From contig JAJQCT010000029.1 of NCBI GenBank assembly GCA_021202555.1, forward strand, positions 170-64,169: a stretch of 64,000 nucleotides of DNA. Direction: 5' to 3'. The notes below the pieces were generated by a model. It saw only the letters and a list, made by a program, of their open reading frames with translations. It searched no databases and was not told where the DNA came from. The position numbers and the translations under genes are program-made. The stretch is from Clostridiales bacterium. GTDB lineage: Bacteria; Bacillota; Clostridia; Oscillospirales; CAG-272. This document shows positions 1 to 8,845 of this stretch, piece after piece. Numbering within the stretch: position 1 is the stretch's first letter; every line of letters starts with the position of its first letter.

Positions 1-399
1 CTCAACCTTGCCGTAAAGCTCAGACGTGGATGCCTGATACACCTTTGTTTTGTTCGTGAACTTCAGGATGCGTACCGCTTCCAGAATACGCAAAACGCCG
101 AGAGCGTCCACGTCACCGGAATATTCCGGCACGTCAAAGGAAACCTGCACATGACTCTGCGCCGCAAGGTTGTAGATTTCGTCCGGCTGAACAATAGAGA
201 TGATGCGAATCAGGGATGACGAATCGGAAAGGTCGCCGTCATGCAAGGTGATTTTGCCCATCAGATGGTCGATGCGACCTGTGTTCGAGATGGATGCACG
301 GCGGGTGATTCCATGTACCTCATATCCCTTTTCGAGCAGGAATTCTGCCAGATACGACCCATCCTGCCCTGTGATGCCTGTGATTAATGCTGTTTTCAT
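1..399 (-). CDS. gmd: GDP-mannose 4,6-dehydratase (5' part; runs off window start)
   Basis: Manual translation from ATG at 399: [36 protein letters not shown]...[15 protein letters not shown]...[10 protein letters not shown], the canonical Gmd motifs. RBS AGAGGGGA upstream. Not in the ORF track because it is truncated. Confidence 0.95.
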   Translation of the reverse strand, partial: MKTALITGITGQDGSYLAEFLLEKGYEVHGITRRASISNTGRIDHLMGKITLHDGDLSDSSSLIRIISIVQPDEIYNLAAQSHVQVSFDVPEYSGDVDALGVLRILEAVRILKFTNKTKVYQASTSELYGKVE

Positions 400-523
400 G
401 TTTCCCCTCTTTGTCTTTATGTCTCAAATTCAGTTGAATAAAAAACTACATCACGCAAATTCGCGAAAGCTCTGCTTTCAAATTCCACCTCCCGAATGCG
501 GGATAGAATCAAAAAATCGCAAT

Positions 524-548
524 AAAAAAGCCCCTCGCTGGGAGGGGC
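524..548 (-). terminator. Intrinsic terminator between the recombinase operon and gmd
   Basis: Minus strand GCCCCTC-CCAGC-GAGGGGC-TTTTTT. Confidence 0.75.
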
Positions 549-604
549 GCACTGTCATCTTCATCGCAAAAAGCTTGCCGGCGGTGCAAAATTCACATAT
601 TCAG

Positions 605-2308
605 TTACAAAAAATTTTGCCCACCGCCTCTGGCTGCCCCCCCCCTGCCACAGGAGACCGCGGGGCGGCAAAAAAAACCCCCATTTATTTTAAATCCCCA
701 AAACCCCCCTATCCTATATACCCCCCCCCCCGCAAATGCGTTTATAATCACATCATGCCACTGCCATGTAATTTCGATGTGACGTTTATCGTATACGGTC
801 ACCCGCTCAATGAAGCTCTCGGCGATGCGCCTCGTCAATCCCTTCTCATTTTCAAAAAGATTCACTCGTTTTGAAATCTCCATCGATTCAGATATAATGC
901 CTGCGCTGCGAAGCTTTCCCAAGCACGCGGTGATTTCGTCTGACCTCGTTCTTATTTCACTTTGTTTTGCTGTCAGAGCCTCTTTCTGATTCAAAAATTC
1001 CTCCTTTCCGATTCGCCCCTCACTGTAAGCCCTGCAAAGCGCGCTCTTCCGTTTGCCGATTTCCTTCATTTCAATATCAGCCATATCCGCCCTCTCCCGC
1101 AGCAGCCGCAAATTGTCCCATCGCGTCTGCTCCGCATTTTCTGCGTCTCCCGAAATTATACGCACGAGCGAAACCCACATTCTTATTGCGAAAAAAATCG
1201 TCTCGCTCAATTCTTTTTCGTCAGTATATTTTCTCATACAGCCCGCGTCAATACCCGTCGCAGCACGATGCTCGCAGCGAAATCTGCCCCTGCCGTTATT
1301 TTTTGAATACCACATTGCATAGCCGCAGAAGCCGCAGAACAATAATCCCTTCAGCGGATAGTCGTTCGACCCGACGGGCACACGTCTTACAGTATTCATG
1401 CATTCCTGCGCCGCACGGAACACCTCCATACTCACGATTGGGGGATGATGATTCAAAATGCGCAGCGGCGCGCCGGACGCTTCTGTTTTACGAAATCCGG
1501 GGACAATATTCGTCCTTTCCTGACCGATATATGTTCCCGCGTAAGTCTCGTTTGATATAACATCCCTTACCTTTGCGCTGTCCCATCCCGCGTATTCTCC
1601 GATTTCCCCGAAGCTTTTCTCCTTGCCGTAAACATGGTGTGAGCGGTTGTACGCCTCCCGCGTCAGTACGCCCTCCGCGTTAAGTCTCCTCGCTATCGCG
1701 CCCGGATTCATACCCCCGCACGCCAGCTCAAAAATATACCTTACAATCGCCGCCGCCTCCGTATCGATTATGACGGAGGAGGGATTTTCGGGGCAGCGAA
1801 GATACCCGAACGGTCTTGCCGCCGCCACATATTCTCCGCTCTGCCGTTTCATATGAACGGTGGATTTGATTTTTCGCGAAAGATCGCGGCTGTAGAAGGT
1901 GTTCACGATATTCTTCACCGCAACCTCCATCCGGCGGTCACTTTTGTCTTGGCTGTCGTATGAATCGGCAACAGAAAGAAATCGCACGCCGAGAAGCGGG
2001 AACAAAAGCTCCAGATAATCCGCCGCCTCCATATAATTTCTGCCAAATCGCGAAAAATCCTTGACAATAACGGTATTTACTTTGCGCCGCACAATAAGCT
2101 CCAGCATTCGCTGAAAAGCGGGTCTGCCAAACGTCATACCGCTGTAGCCGTCGTCGATAAATTCCTCCGATTCCTCGTTTTTTAAATCAGAATGCTCCGA
2201 TATGTAATCGTAAAGAAGCTTCCTCTGATTCTCCACACTGTAGCTCTGTGACTTATACTCTCCTATGTCCTCGTCAGACTGCGAAAGCCTTATATAAAGC
2301 GCTATCAT
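605..2308 (-). CDS. Large serine recombinase (resolvase + recombinase + zinc-ribbon + coiled coil)
   Basis: YIRLS catalytic motif, DDGYSG, RPAFQRM, VKDFSRFGRN, LFCGFCG zinc ribbon. The last ~45 aa are low-complexity and lie over homopolymer runs, so they are unreliable. Confidence 0.93.
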   Translation of the reverse strand: MIALYIRLSQSDEDIGEYKSQSYSVENQRKLLYDYISEHSDLKNEESEEFIDDGYSGMTFGRPAFQRMLELIVRRKVNTVIVKDFSRFGRNYMEAADYLELLFPLLGVRFLSVADSYDSQDKSDRRMEVAVKNIVNTFYSRDLSRKIKSTVHMKRQSGEYVAAARPFGYLRCPENPSSVIIDTEAAAIVRYIFELACGGMNPGAIARRLNAEGVLTREAYNRSHHVYGKEKSFGEIGEYAGWDSAKVRDVISNETYAGTYIGQERTNIVPGFRKTEASGAPLRILNHHPPIVSMEVFRAAQECMNTVRRVPVGSNDYPLKGLLFCGFCGYAMWYSKNNGRGRFRCEHRAATGIDAGCMRKYTDEKELSETIFFAIRMWVSLVRIISGDAENAEQTRWDNLRLLRERADMADIEMKEIGKRKSALCRAYSEGRIGKEEFLNQKEALTAKQSEIRTRSDEITACLGKLRSAGIISESMEISKRVNLFENEKGLTRRIAESFIERVTVYDKRHIEITWQWHDVIINAFAGGGVYRIGGFWGFKINGGFFCRPAVSCGRGGAARGGGQNFL

Positions 2309-4044
2309 TGATTTTCCTTCGCCTCCGTCACATACTCACGTATCAGCCGCTCCGCGTAATCCTCAAGCCCGAATGTAACCGACAGGTATCCGCTCACGCC
2401 ATATTCCACGCGCTCCACCATCGCCTCCGCAAGCCCCCTCGTCAGTCCCGCGCAAAGCAGCCTCTCCGCTACATTTTCCTCATCTGACTCAATTATTTCA
2501 ACCGATGAATACGGCGCGAGCATTACTGTCCCGCCTTCCTGCGGCGAGCCTCCCGCACCGTCAAAAAGCGTCAATTTAAGCGCGTCGCATGGGTCGGCGA
2601 CAGTATCTTCCTCAATTTCGGCAAGCCTCTCCCTGACCTCGCGCAGTCTTTCAAGGTATGCTTCCCTCGCCTCCGCATAATCGTCCCCGACTGATTTTTT
2701 ATCCGCGAAATCCTCGTAAAGCCGGTGCAGCCCGTTTTTTATGTTCGTCTCCTCCGCCAGCAGCAATTCCGTTTCCGCACGCCTATGCTTAATTGCCTCA
2801 CACGCAGCAGATTTTATCACGCCGTCATCAGCCTCAACTAAAATTCGGCATCTTATAAGGTCGAGCAAAATTTTTCTGACCGTGCGGTCGGAAACGCTGC
2901 GAGCCTTAGCGCAGCAGGAGGGCGCATCCGCGTCGCCGCGCCTGTAATTATAGTAATTTCCGCAAATATAAGACCGACGCCGAACATCCCCGCGTCTTGA
3001 CACACGCGAATAAAGCATCGCGTGTCCGCATTCCGCACAAAAAATCAGCCCGTTCAGTACGTCGGGATTTTTCTCCCTTATCTCCGCCTTGCCGTCAACG
3101 GCTTCTTTTCTCCTGCGGGAGTTATAATCGCGTATCTCACGCACAGCCTCGAAGGTCTCTTTGTCCGTCAGCGCGTCGTGAGTGTCGGGAAAGGTCATAA
3201 TCTCCCCTTTTCCGTAGACGTTATATACGGTTTCCCCTATGTACGTGCGGTTTTTCAGCAGATTTCCCACCGTGTAATTGCTCCATTTTCCCGTTGTCTT
3301 TCTTTCACGCTTATATCCGAGCTGCCTTTTTCTTTCAAGGGGCGTCGGCGCGCCGAGAGCTTCCAGCCTGCGCACAGTCTCCGTCACGCCAACTCCCGCT
3401 GCCGTCCATTTGAACATCAATCGCACAAAATCCGCGGTCTCGGGATCGGGAATCAGCCTGTAACTGCAATCCGGCATTTTAAGATACCCGTATGGCGCAA
3501 GATTGATACCCGCCACTCCCCTCATATGATTCAATCTTATCGTGTTTGTTATCTTCTGACGAATGTCTATAATGTACATTTCGTTTACCATGTTTTTTAT
3601 CGGTACCATGATGCTGTTCATCCCGTCGTCGTCAATGCTGTCATATCCGTCGTTGACGGAAATAAAGCGAATGCCCTTTTTCGGGAAGAGCTTTTCAATG
3701 TAATATCCCGCGTCAACATGATTTCTCCCGAACCGCGAAAGATCCTTGACGGCGATACAGTTGATTTTGCCCGCATCCACATCGTCCATCAGCCGTTTGA
3801 ATTCGGGACGGTCAAAGCTCATCCCCGACCGCCCGTTATCCACGTAGCATCCGACAAACCGAAGCTCCGGTCGTCGCTCTATATATTCCTTCACATACCG
3901 CACCTGATTTTGAAGCGAGCGCGAATCGTCAAGACCGCTGTTTTCATGTGAAAGCCGCGCATAGACGGCTGTATTCCACACTTTTTTTCTCGTCCGTTCA
4001 ATATACCGCTCTGTTGATTTCGGTATTCTGTCACGTCTCCCCAT
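2305..4044 (-). CDS. Large serine recombinase
   Basis: YARLS, DNGRSG, RPEFKRL, VKDLSRFGRN, IFCAECG. 4-bp stop/start overlap with the downstream recombinase. Confidence 0.93.
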   Translation of the reverse strand: MGRRDRIPKSTERYIERTRKKVWNTAVYARLSHENSGLDDSRSLQNQVRYVKEYIERRPELRFVGCYVDNGRSGMSFDRPEFKRLMDDVDAGKINCIAVKDLSRFGRNHVDAGYYIEKLFPKKGIRFISVNDGYDSIDDDGMNSIMVPIKNMVNEMYIIDIRQKITNTIRLNHMRGVAGINLAPYGYLKMPDCSYRLIPDPETADFVRLMFKWTAAGVGVTETVRRLEALGAPTPLERKRQLGYKRERKTTGKWSNYTVGNLLKNRTYIGETVYNVYGKGEIMTFPDTHDALTDKETFEAVREIRDYNSRRRKEAVDGKAEIREKNPDVLNGLIFCAECGHAMLYSRVSRRGDVRRRSYICGNYYNYRRGDADAPSCCAKARSVSDRTVRKILLDLIRCRILVEADDGVIKSAACEAIKHRRAETELLLAEETNIKNGLHRLYEDFADKKSVGDDYAEAREAYLERLREVRERLAEIEEDTVADPCDALKLTLFDGAGGSPQEGGTVMLAPYSSVEIIESDEENVAERLLCAGLTRGLAEAMVERVEYGVSGYLSVTFGLEDYAERLIREYVTEAKENQ

Positions 4045-4611
4045 TTATCCCCTCTCCTCTCCGTTTTGCGGCGTCAGAGCGCACATATCGCTCGATTTTT
4101 CGTTCTCCTGACCATTATACGCACGGCGCATCAGAAAGCTGCGATATTCAGAGCGCCTTTGCTTAAAATATCTCCCCTCCGCCGCACTCGCCGCATCCGC
4201 ATAACTGACATTTCCCGTATCAAAGCCTGTCTGCACATCCGCAAACCGAATCCCGCAGGGAATAAAAAACTCATTGACCGCGCTTTGCAGCGCATAGACC
4301 GTGGGCGCCACAGTGCCTGCGGCATAGATAACGACAGCCTCAATCGCACCCGTCTCCGCGTCGTCAAGCAGTCGTTTCCACGCCTCATTATTCTCGGCAA
4401 TCCACGCATTTCTCTCCCTGATGTCGGGAACCCTTCTCACCGCCGCCCGCGTATCGCGGTAAATTCGGGTCAGGCGCAGCGTTTCGTCCGCCCTCACGTA
4501 ATCTCTGCAAGCCGCCTCCGCATAGTTTATATCCACAAAATCTCCCCATACGCTCGGTGCAATATAAAGCGCTGTCCTTTTCTTCTCATCAGCCCTCGTC
4601 ATGCCCGTCAT
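4045..4611 (-). CDS. Degenerate resolvase-N-terminal-like protein
   Basis: RTALYIAPS resembles RTAxYxRxS; AWKRLLDDAETGAIEAVVI resembles FxxLLxDxxxGxIxxVIV; FFIPCGIRF resembles FPxxGIRF. Lacks the Arg of YxRxS and the DLSRFGR motif. Confidence 0.6.
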   Translation of the reverse strand: MTGMTRADEKKRTALYIAPSVWGDFVDINYAEAACRDYVRADETLRLTRIYRDTRAAVRRVPDIRERNAWIAENNEAWKRLLDDAETGAIEAVVIYAAGTVAPTVYALQSAVNEFFIPCGIRFADVQTGFDTGNVSYADAASAAEGRYFKQRRSEYRSFLMRRAYNGQENEKSSDMCALTPQNGEERG

Positions 4612-6244
4612 CTTCCCCTCCGTTCATAATCGTATCATAAATCGCGTCAGTGTCCCTGAACGCTATTTCCGCGCGTCCGTCACCATATATGAAAATCTTA
4701 TCAAAAAGCTCCGCTATTATGGGACGGTCGAGCGAAATTATGCTTCCGTTTTCACGAAAACTCCGAATCCACTCAGCCTCACGATAAGCGTCAAGCTCTC
4801 GCCTGCGATCCTCGGTCACACGCTCAAAAGCCGCCGCGGCGCTTTCGATTTTTCGACCGTACATCGCTGAATATTCGGAATATTCCTCCTCCGTCAGAAT
4901 ACCTGAAGCACTGCTCTCGTAAAGTCCGGATTTAAGCTTTGTGTATCGCTCGATTTCCTCACGTATCCGCAAAAGCTGCTCATCCAGACGGACAACCCGC
5001 ATTCCGCGTTCGGGAAGGCGACCGGCTTCGTCGAGCAGCCGCTCCTTTTTCACAAAAAGAGCAATTTGCGCGCAAACAGCGTCCAAAACGGATTTGTATG
5101 CCCTCTCCTCCGCGATGCGTCCGCCACGCCTCTCCGTGCCCCTGCAGTCGGGACAGCAGTAATATTTGTACCTTTTATCCTTGTAGCGGGATGCCCGGAT
5201 TACAAGCTGCCTGCCGCATTCGCCGCAAAAAAGAAAGCCGGAGAAGAGTTCAGCGCGTTCCCTGCCTTCGGCTAACCTTGTATCTCTTTTCATAAGTTCC
5301 CGCACCGTGAAAAATACCTCAGCGTCAACTATTGCCTCGTGCGTTCCCTCCGTCCTCGTCCATTCGTCGGGCGGCAGATACACATTTTCACGTGACCTGT
5401 AATCGATCTTTTTCCATTTTCCCTGAACGAGCGTGCCGATATAGCACTCATTATGAAGGATTCGATAGACGATTCCCTTTGACCACATTGCTTTGTCCCC
5501 GCGCTTGAAATAGCCCGAAATCTTCTCCCCGTTTGAAGTCCTCTGCTCGTATGGCGACAGCACTCCCTGACTGTTCAGCTTATCGGCAATTGATTTATAG
5601 CTGTATCCTTCAAGCTTCCAGAGAAATATCTGCCTTACGTGCGGAGCCGTAGTTTCATCCGGAACGAGCCTTCCCCTGTCGCGCTTGTCCCTGCAATATC
5701 CGTAGGGCGTGAAATTCGCCACGCACTCGCCGCGCCTGCGCTTCGCTTCAAGTTGTGTCTTGATTTTCACGGAAATATCCCGACAGTAGATGTCGTTTAT
5801 GAGGTTTTTCATAGGCAAAATGAGTGCGTCCGATTCCGAGCGTCTGCAAAGACTGTCGTAGCAGTCGTTCACGGCTATCATCCTCACGCCCATAAGCGGA
5901 AAAATGCGCTCAAGATACCGTCCGACCTCAATGTAGTTTCTACCGAAGCGCGAAAGATCCTTTACGATAACGCAGTTCACCGCGCCGCATTCAATGTCAT
6001 CGTACATTTGCCTGAATGCGGGTCTGTCAAAATTCGAGCCGCTCCAGCCGTCGTCTACATACTCCTCCACCACACAAAATTCGCTCTTCCCGCTGACAAA
6101 ATCCTCGATAAGCCTGCGCTGATTCACAATCGAGTCGCTCTCCTGCTTGTCCCCGTCATCCTTTGAAAGGCGCAGATAGACTGCCGTGCGGTAAACGGTG
6201 ACTCCCCGACGCGCGGCGCCTTCAAAATCATTTTTTGCTGCCAT
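4589..6244 (-). CDS. Large serine recombinase
   Basis: YLRLS, DDGWSGSNFDRPAF, VKDLSRFGRN, LFCGECG. RBS GGAGAG. Confidence 0.95.
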   Translation of the reverse strand: MAAKNDFEGAARRGVTVYRTAVYLRLSKDDGDKQESDSIVNQRRLIEDFVSGKSEFCVVEEYVDDGWSGSNFDRPAFRQMYDDIECGAVNCVIVKDLSRFGRNYIEVGRYLERIFPLMGVRMIAVNDCYDSLCRRSESDALILPMKNLINDIYCRDISVKIKTQLEAKRRRGECVANFTPYGYCRDKRDRGRLVPDETTAPHVRQIFLWKLEGYSYKSIADKLNSQGVLSPYEQRTSNGEKISGYFKRGDKAMWSKGIVYRILHNECYIGTLVQGKWKKIDYRSRENVYLPPDEWTRTEGTHEAIVDAEVFFTVRELMKRDTRLAEGRERAELFSGFLFCGECGRQLVIRASRYKDKRYKYYCCPDCRGTERRGGRIAEERAYKSVLDAVCAQIALFVKKERLLDEAGRLPERGMRVVRLDEQLLRIREEIERYTKLKSGLYESSASGILTEEEYSEYSAMYGRKIESAAAAFERVTEDRRRELDAYREAEWIRSFRENGSIISLDRPIIAELFDKIFIYGDGRAEIAFRDTDAIYDTIMNGGEDDGHDEG

Positions 6245-6274
6245 AAATTTACTCTCTCCTTTCCAAACATCAGC

Positions 6275-6565
6275 TCATCCGCACACGGTGCGAATGTAAT
6301 GACAGAGTGAATCCTCCATGCTGCGCCTCCCCGCGAAGCTCACCTTAACGACTATACCGCCATCCAGATAACAGTACGGGTTTTTAATCTGGCGGATAAA
6401 GTCAAGAACCCGCTCCAAGGGCGGCAAAGACGTGTCGATTTTGACCTCGGCAATATCAACAAGCGTCGATACGTCAACCGTCCGCACATCCACCCTCTTC
6501 ATTTCCTCCAGCCGTGCCAGAAGCTCGGCTGCCTCTTCCTTTGTCAGTCTCCTGTTCTCGCTCAT
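6275..6565 (-). CDS. DUF6870-like small protein typically preceding serine-recombinase triplets
   Basis: VDVRTVD..LVDI.EVKID..LP..ERV.DF..QIKNPYCY..G.IVVKVSF pattern recognised from memory. RBS GGAGGAG. Confidence 0.75.
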   Translation of the reverse strand: MSENRRLTKEEAAELLARLEEMKRVDVRTVDVSTLVDIAEVKIDTSLPPLERVLDFIRQIKNPYCYLDGGIVVKVSFAGRRSMEDSLCHYIRTVCG

Positions 6566-6646
6566 GCGATCTCCTCCATTTGAAAAATTTAGGAGGGGCT
6601 TTCGTCCCTCCGGAATAACATTTTAATTCGGTTATAAAATATGCAC

Positions 6647-6753
6647 ATTATGTACGTTCCTCTCGGTTTCGTCAAGGCTACCCCGACCTATTTAACAAAT
6701 TTTCCTTTTGGGAACAGTGTATTCAGTATATATTATTGCCCGAAGCTTGTCAA
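6647..6753 (-). promoter_or_regulatory. Two tandem sigma-70 promoters for the recombinase operon
   Basis: Minus strand TTGACA-17-TATACT (6753-6725) and TTGACG-17-CATAAT (6675-6647). Confidence 0.65.
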
Positions 6754-6886
6754 GCGCCATTTAATAAATTGTGTTACTTTACCAATAAACAGCTACTCAA
6801 AGTCATATTTTTGGCGAAAGCTGCATGGAAATCAGTCGAGGCGACCACTTTTTTCCGAAAATAACGTAATGTTCACAAATTTGCTA

Positions 6887-6915
6887 TTGACAAATCGTCG
6901 ATTTTGTGGTATAAT
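6887..6915 (+). promoter_or_regulatory. Consensus sigma-70 promoter of the Shango-like operon
   Basis: TTGACA-17 bp-TATAAT with extended TG. Confidence 0.85.
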
Positions 6916-6955
6916 AGCACGATACGAACGGATGTTCATGAGGGGAGGCGGTTCA

Positions 6956-8845
6956 ATGTCAAAAATCGAAAACAGTGAGGACGATTTTTGGAATCTGTCC
7001 CCGTTTTTGCCCAAAAGAGACGCGGACGACCGCGCGGTGCGCTCAAAATCTGATGCTGTCGCGCGTGACACCTCGGCGGTTGACATTGAAATTCCCGTTG
7101 ACGTAAAAACAGATGTTAATATTACCGGCGACGGCGGCGCAAAGCCATCAATAAGCAGGCTCGCGCTGCGCTTCCGAGAGGTCGAGGTCAAAGGTACCGC
7201 CGCAAGACAGAATACCGAGCCGAAAAAAAGCGCTTACAAAGACGAAGCTTTGCGTGAGGCGCGTCCAAAGCAGGTATCGATTCCGAAGCTGAATCCGAAG
7301 CCGCTTCCGACGACTGAGGGCAAAGCGAAATCCGAGCGGGAAAGCGTCAGCCCGGGCTTCTTTTACGGACGGCGCGGCGAGACGGAGGCGCCCGAATACG
7401 AGTACGAACTGACAAACTGCCTTATCACAAAGGCTTCCGTATTCAAGATACGCTCAACGCACGATTTTTACTCGGGTTTTCGTTCGGACGCAAAGCGCTA
7501 TTTCGGCGTTGTCGGAAAAAAGGCGGAATTTGCGCCGTATTTCTCGTATACGCCGCAGTACCGTCAGATGAGCACCGCTCAGCTTGCGTACTATTTCTGG
7601 TGGCGCGAAAACGTCCGCGCATCCATATATCCCGACACGGACTACACCTATATTCTCCTTTACATTTTCGAGATAATCAATCTTCCCGACCTTATTCCTC
7701 CGAGCAAGGGGCTTGACGCTTTGTGCAGCATTTGGCTCGCATACAGGGAAAAATACAACGCGATTGACAAAAACCTTGAGATTTGGGTCATGGACTATTG
7801 CCTTTTGTATAAGCTTCCCTGCCCGACCGACAAGCTGAAGCCGATACTCGGTGAAATAGTCTCAAAAAAGAATATGCGGTACTTTTACGTGACATATAAG
7901 GACGGCAAAATCGACGCAAAAGCGCTCATTGAAATTTTCTCGGATTATATGTGGAAAGACAGTGTATTCGACAAAGAACCCGAGTCAGGCGAGAAAAGCC
8001 GCAGGGATCCCGATTTTTACAGCCGCCTTATCATCGGAGCCCTTGAATATGTCATAAACGAAAAGCAGCTTCTGAGGATTGAAAAATCGGATTTCAAGCC
8101 TTCATGGGCGCTGCACTATCTTTACTGCGGAGCGCTCGTATCAGACAGCGTAAACCGCCATATAAGGCTTGAATACCTGAAGTTCAATCGCGAAAGCGAG
8201 CTTCGCACGCCGATTACGGCAGCTGTAAAATATTCAGAAAATAAGGTGCGCGCATATCTCGGAATCCGTTCAAGACTACAGGCAAAGGGGCTGCCTCCGA
8301 AAATCGCGGAGGCAATCGACGAGTATTTTGAAATAAAGCTGCCTATGCCTCAGGCAGTGAAGAAAAAGCCGCAGGACGACGAGGAGGAGGAATACGCCGC
8401 CGAATATGAGCCCGAATCTGACGTGCTTGACATCACCTCGGCAAGGGATATTGAGAATAAATCGTGGGAAATCACCGAAAAGCTCACGGAAAGCATGGCG
8501 GCGGAATCCGAGCCGGAGGCGACATCGGCAGATGCGGAAAAAGCAGAGCACGAAACCGTGACATATGTCGAAATTTGTGCAAGCGACGACGAGAAGGGCG
8601 ATGCGAGCGAAACGCTTCGCGGTGCGCTTGACGATACCCTGCTGCGGTTTCTCGATACGGCGCTTTCGGGCGACGGTGCGGCTCAAAGTGAGCTTTGCCG
8701 AAAATCGGGAATATACGCCGACAGCGCCGCCGCAAAAATAAACGAAACCGCCGTCGATATAATCGGCGACATTGTGCTTACGCCGTCAGAAGACGGGAAA
8801 TATTACGTAATAATTGAGGATTACAGAGAGGAGGCGTCAGTGTGA
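6956..8845 (+). CDS. TerB_N/TerB_C domain protein, Shango SngA-like
   Basis: PYFSYTPQYRQMSTAQLAYYFWWR...TDYTYILLYIFEIIN (TerB_N-type) and C-terminal INE.AVD.IGDIV...IIEDY (TerB_C-type). Start reassigned to ATG 6956 after RBS GGGGAGG and the promoter. Confidence 0.8.
   Translation: MSKIENSEDDFWNLSPFLPKRDADDRAVRSKSDAVARDTSAVDIEIPVDVKTDVNITGDGGAKPSISRLALRFREVEVKGTAARQNTEPKKSAYKDEALREARPKQVSIPKLNPKPLPTTEGKAKSERESVSPGFFYGRRGETEAPEYEYELTNCLITKASVFKIRSTHDFYSGFRSDAKRYFGVVGKKAEFAPYFSYTPQYRQMSTAQLAYYFWWRENVRASIYPDTDYTYILLYIFEIINLPDLIPPSKGLDALCSIWLAYREKYNAIDKNLEIWVMDYCLLYKLPCPTDKLKPILGEIVSKKNMRYFYVTYKDGKIDAKALIEIFSDYMWKDSVFDKEPESGEKSRRDPDFYSRLIIGALEYVINEKQLLRIEKSDFKPSWALHYLYCGALVSDSVNRHIRLEYLKFNRESELRTPITAAVKYSENKVRAYLGIRSRLQAKGLPPKIAEAIDEYFEIKLPMPQAVKKKPQDDEEEEYAAEYEPESDVLDITSARDIENKSWEITEKLTESMAAESEPEATSADAEKAEHETVTYVEICASDDEKGDASETLRGALDDTLLRFLDTALSGDGAAQSELCRKSGIYADSAAAKINETAVDIIGDIVLTPSEDGKYYVIIEDYREEASV

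Larger units (their letters stand above)
605..6565 (-). mobile_element. Triple serine recombinase integration module (IME/ICE-type), possibly domesticated
   Basis: Operon of DUF6870, LSR, resolvase-like ORF, LSR, LSR. No relaxase or conjugation genes in the window. Confidence 0.7.

Noticed and set aside
200-874. 224-aa plus-strand ORF
   Set aside because: It is antisense to gmd and LSR3, crosses a terminator, and has no RBS or motif. The many other antisense or alternate-frame ORFs overlapping recognised genes were rejected likewise.
6641-6955. 105-aa N-terminal extension of the TerB protein
   Set aside because: It spans divergent promoters; the RBS and promoter support ATG 6956. Similar over-extended starts were trimmed for the solute-binding protein, dapF, dapL, infB, nusA and rimP.
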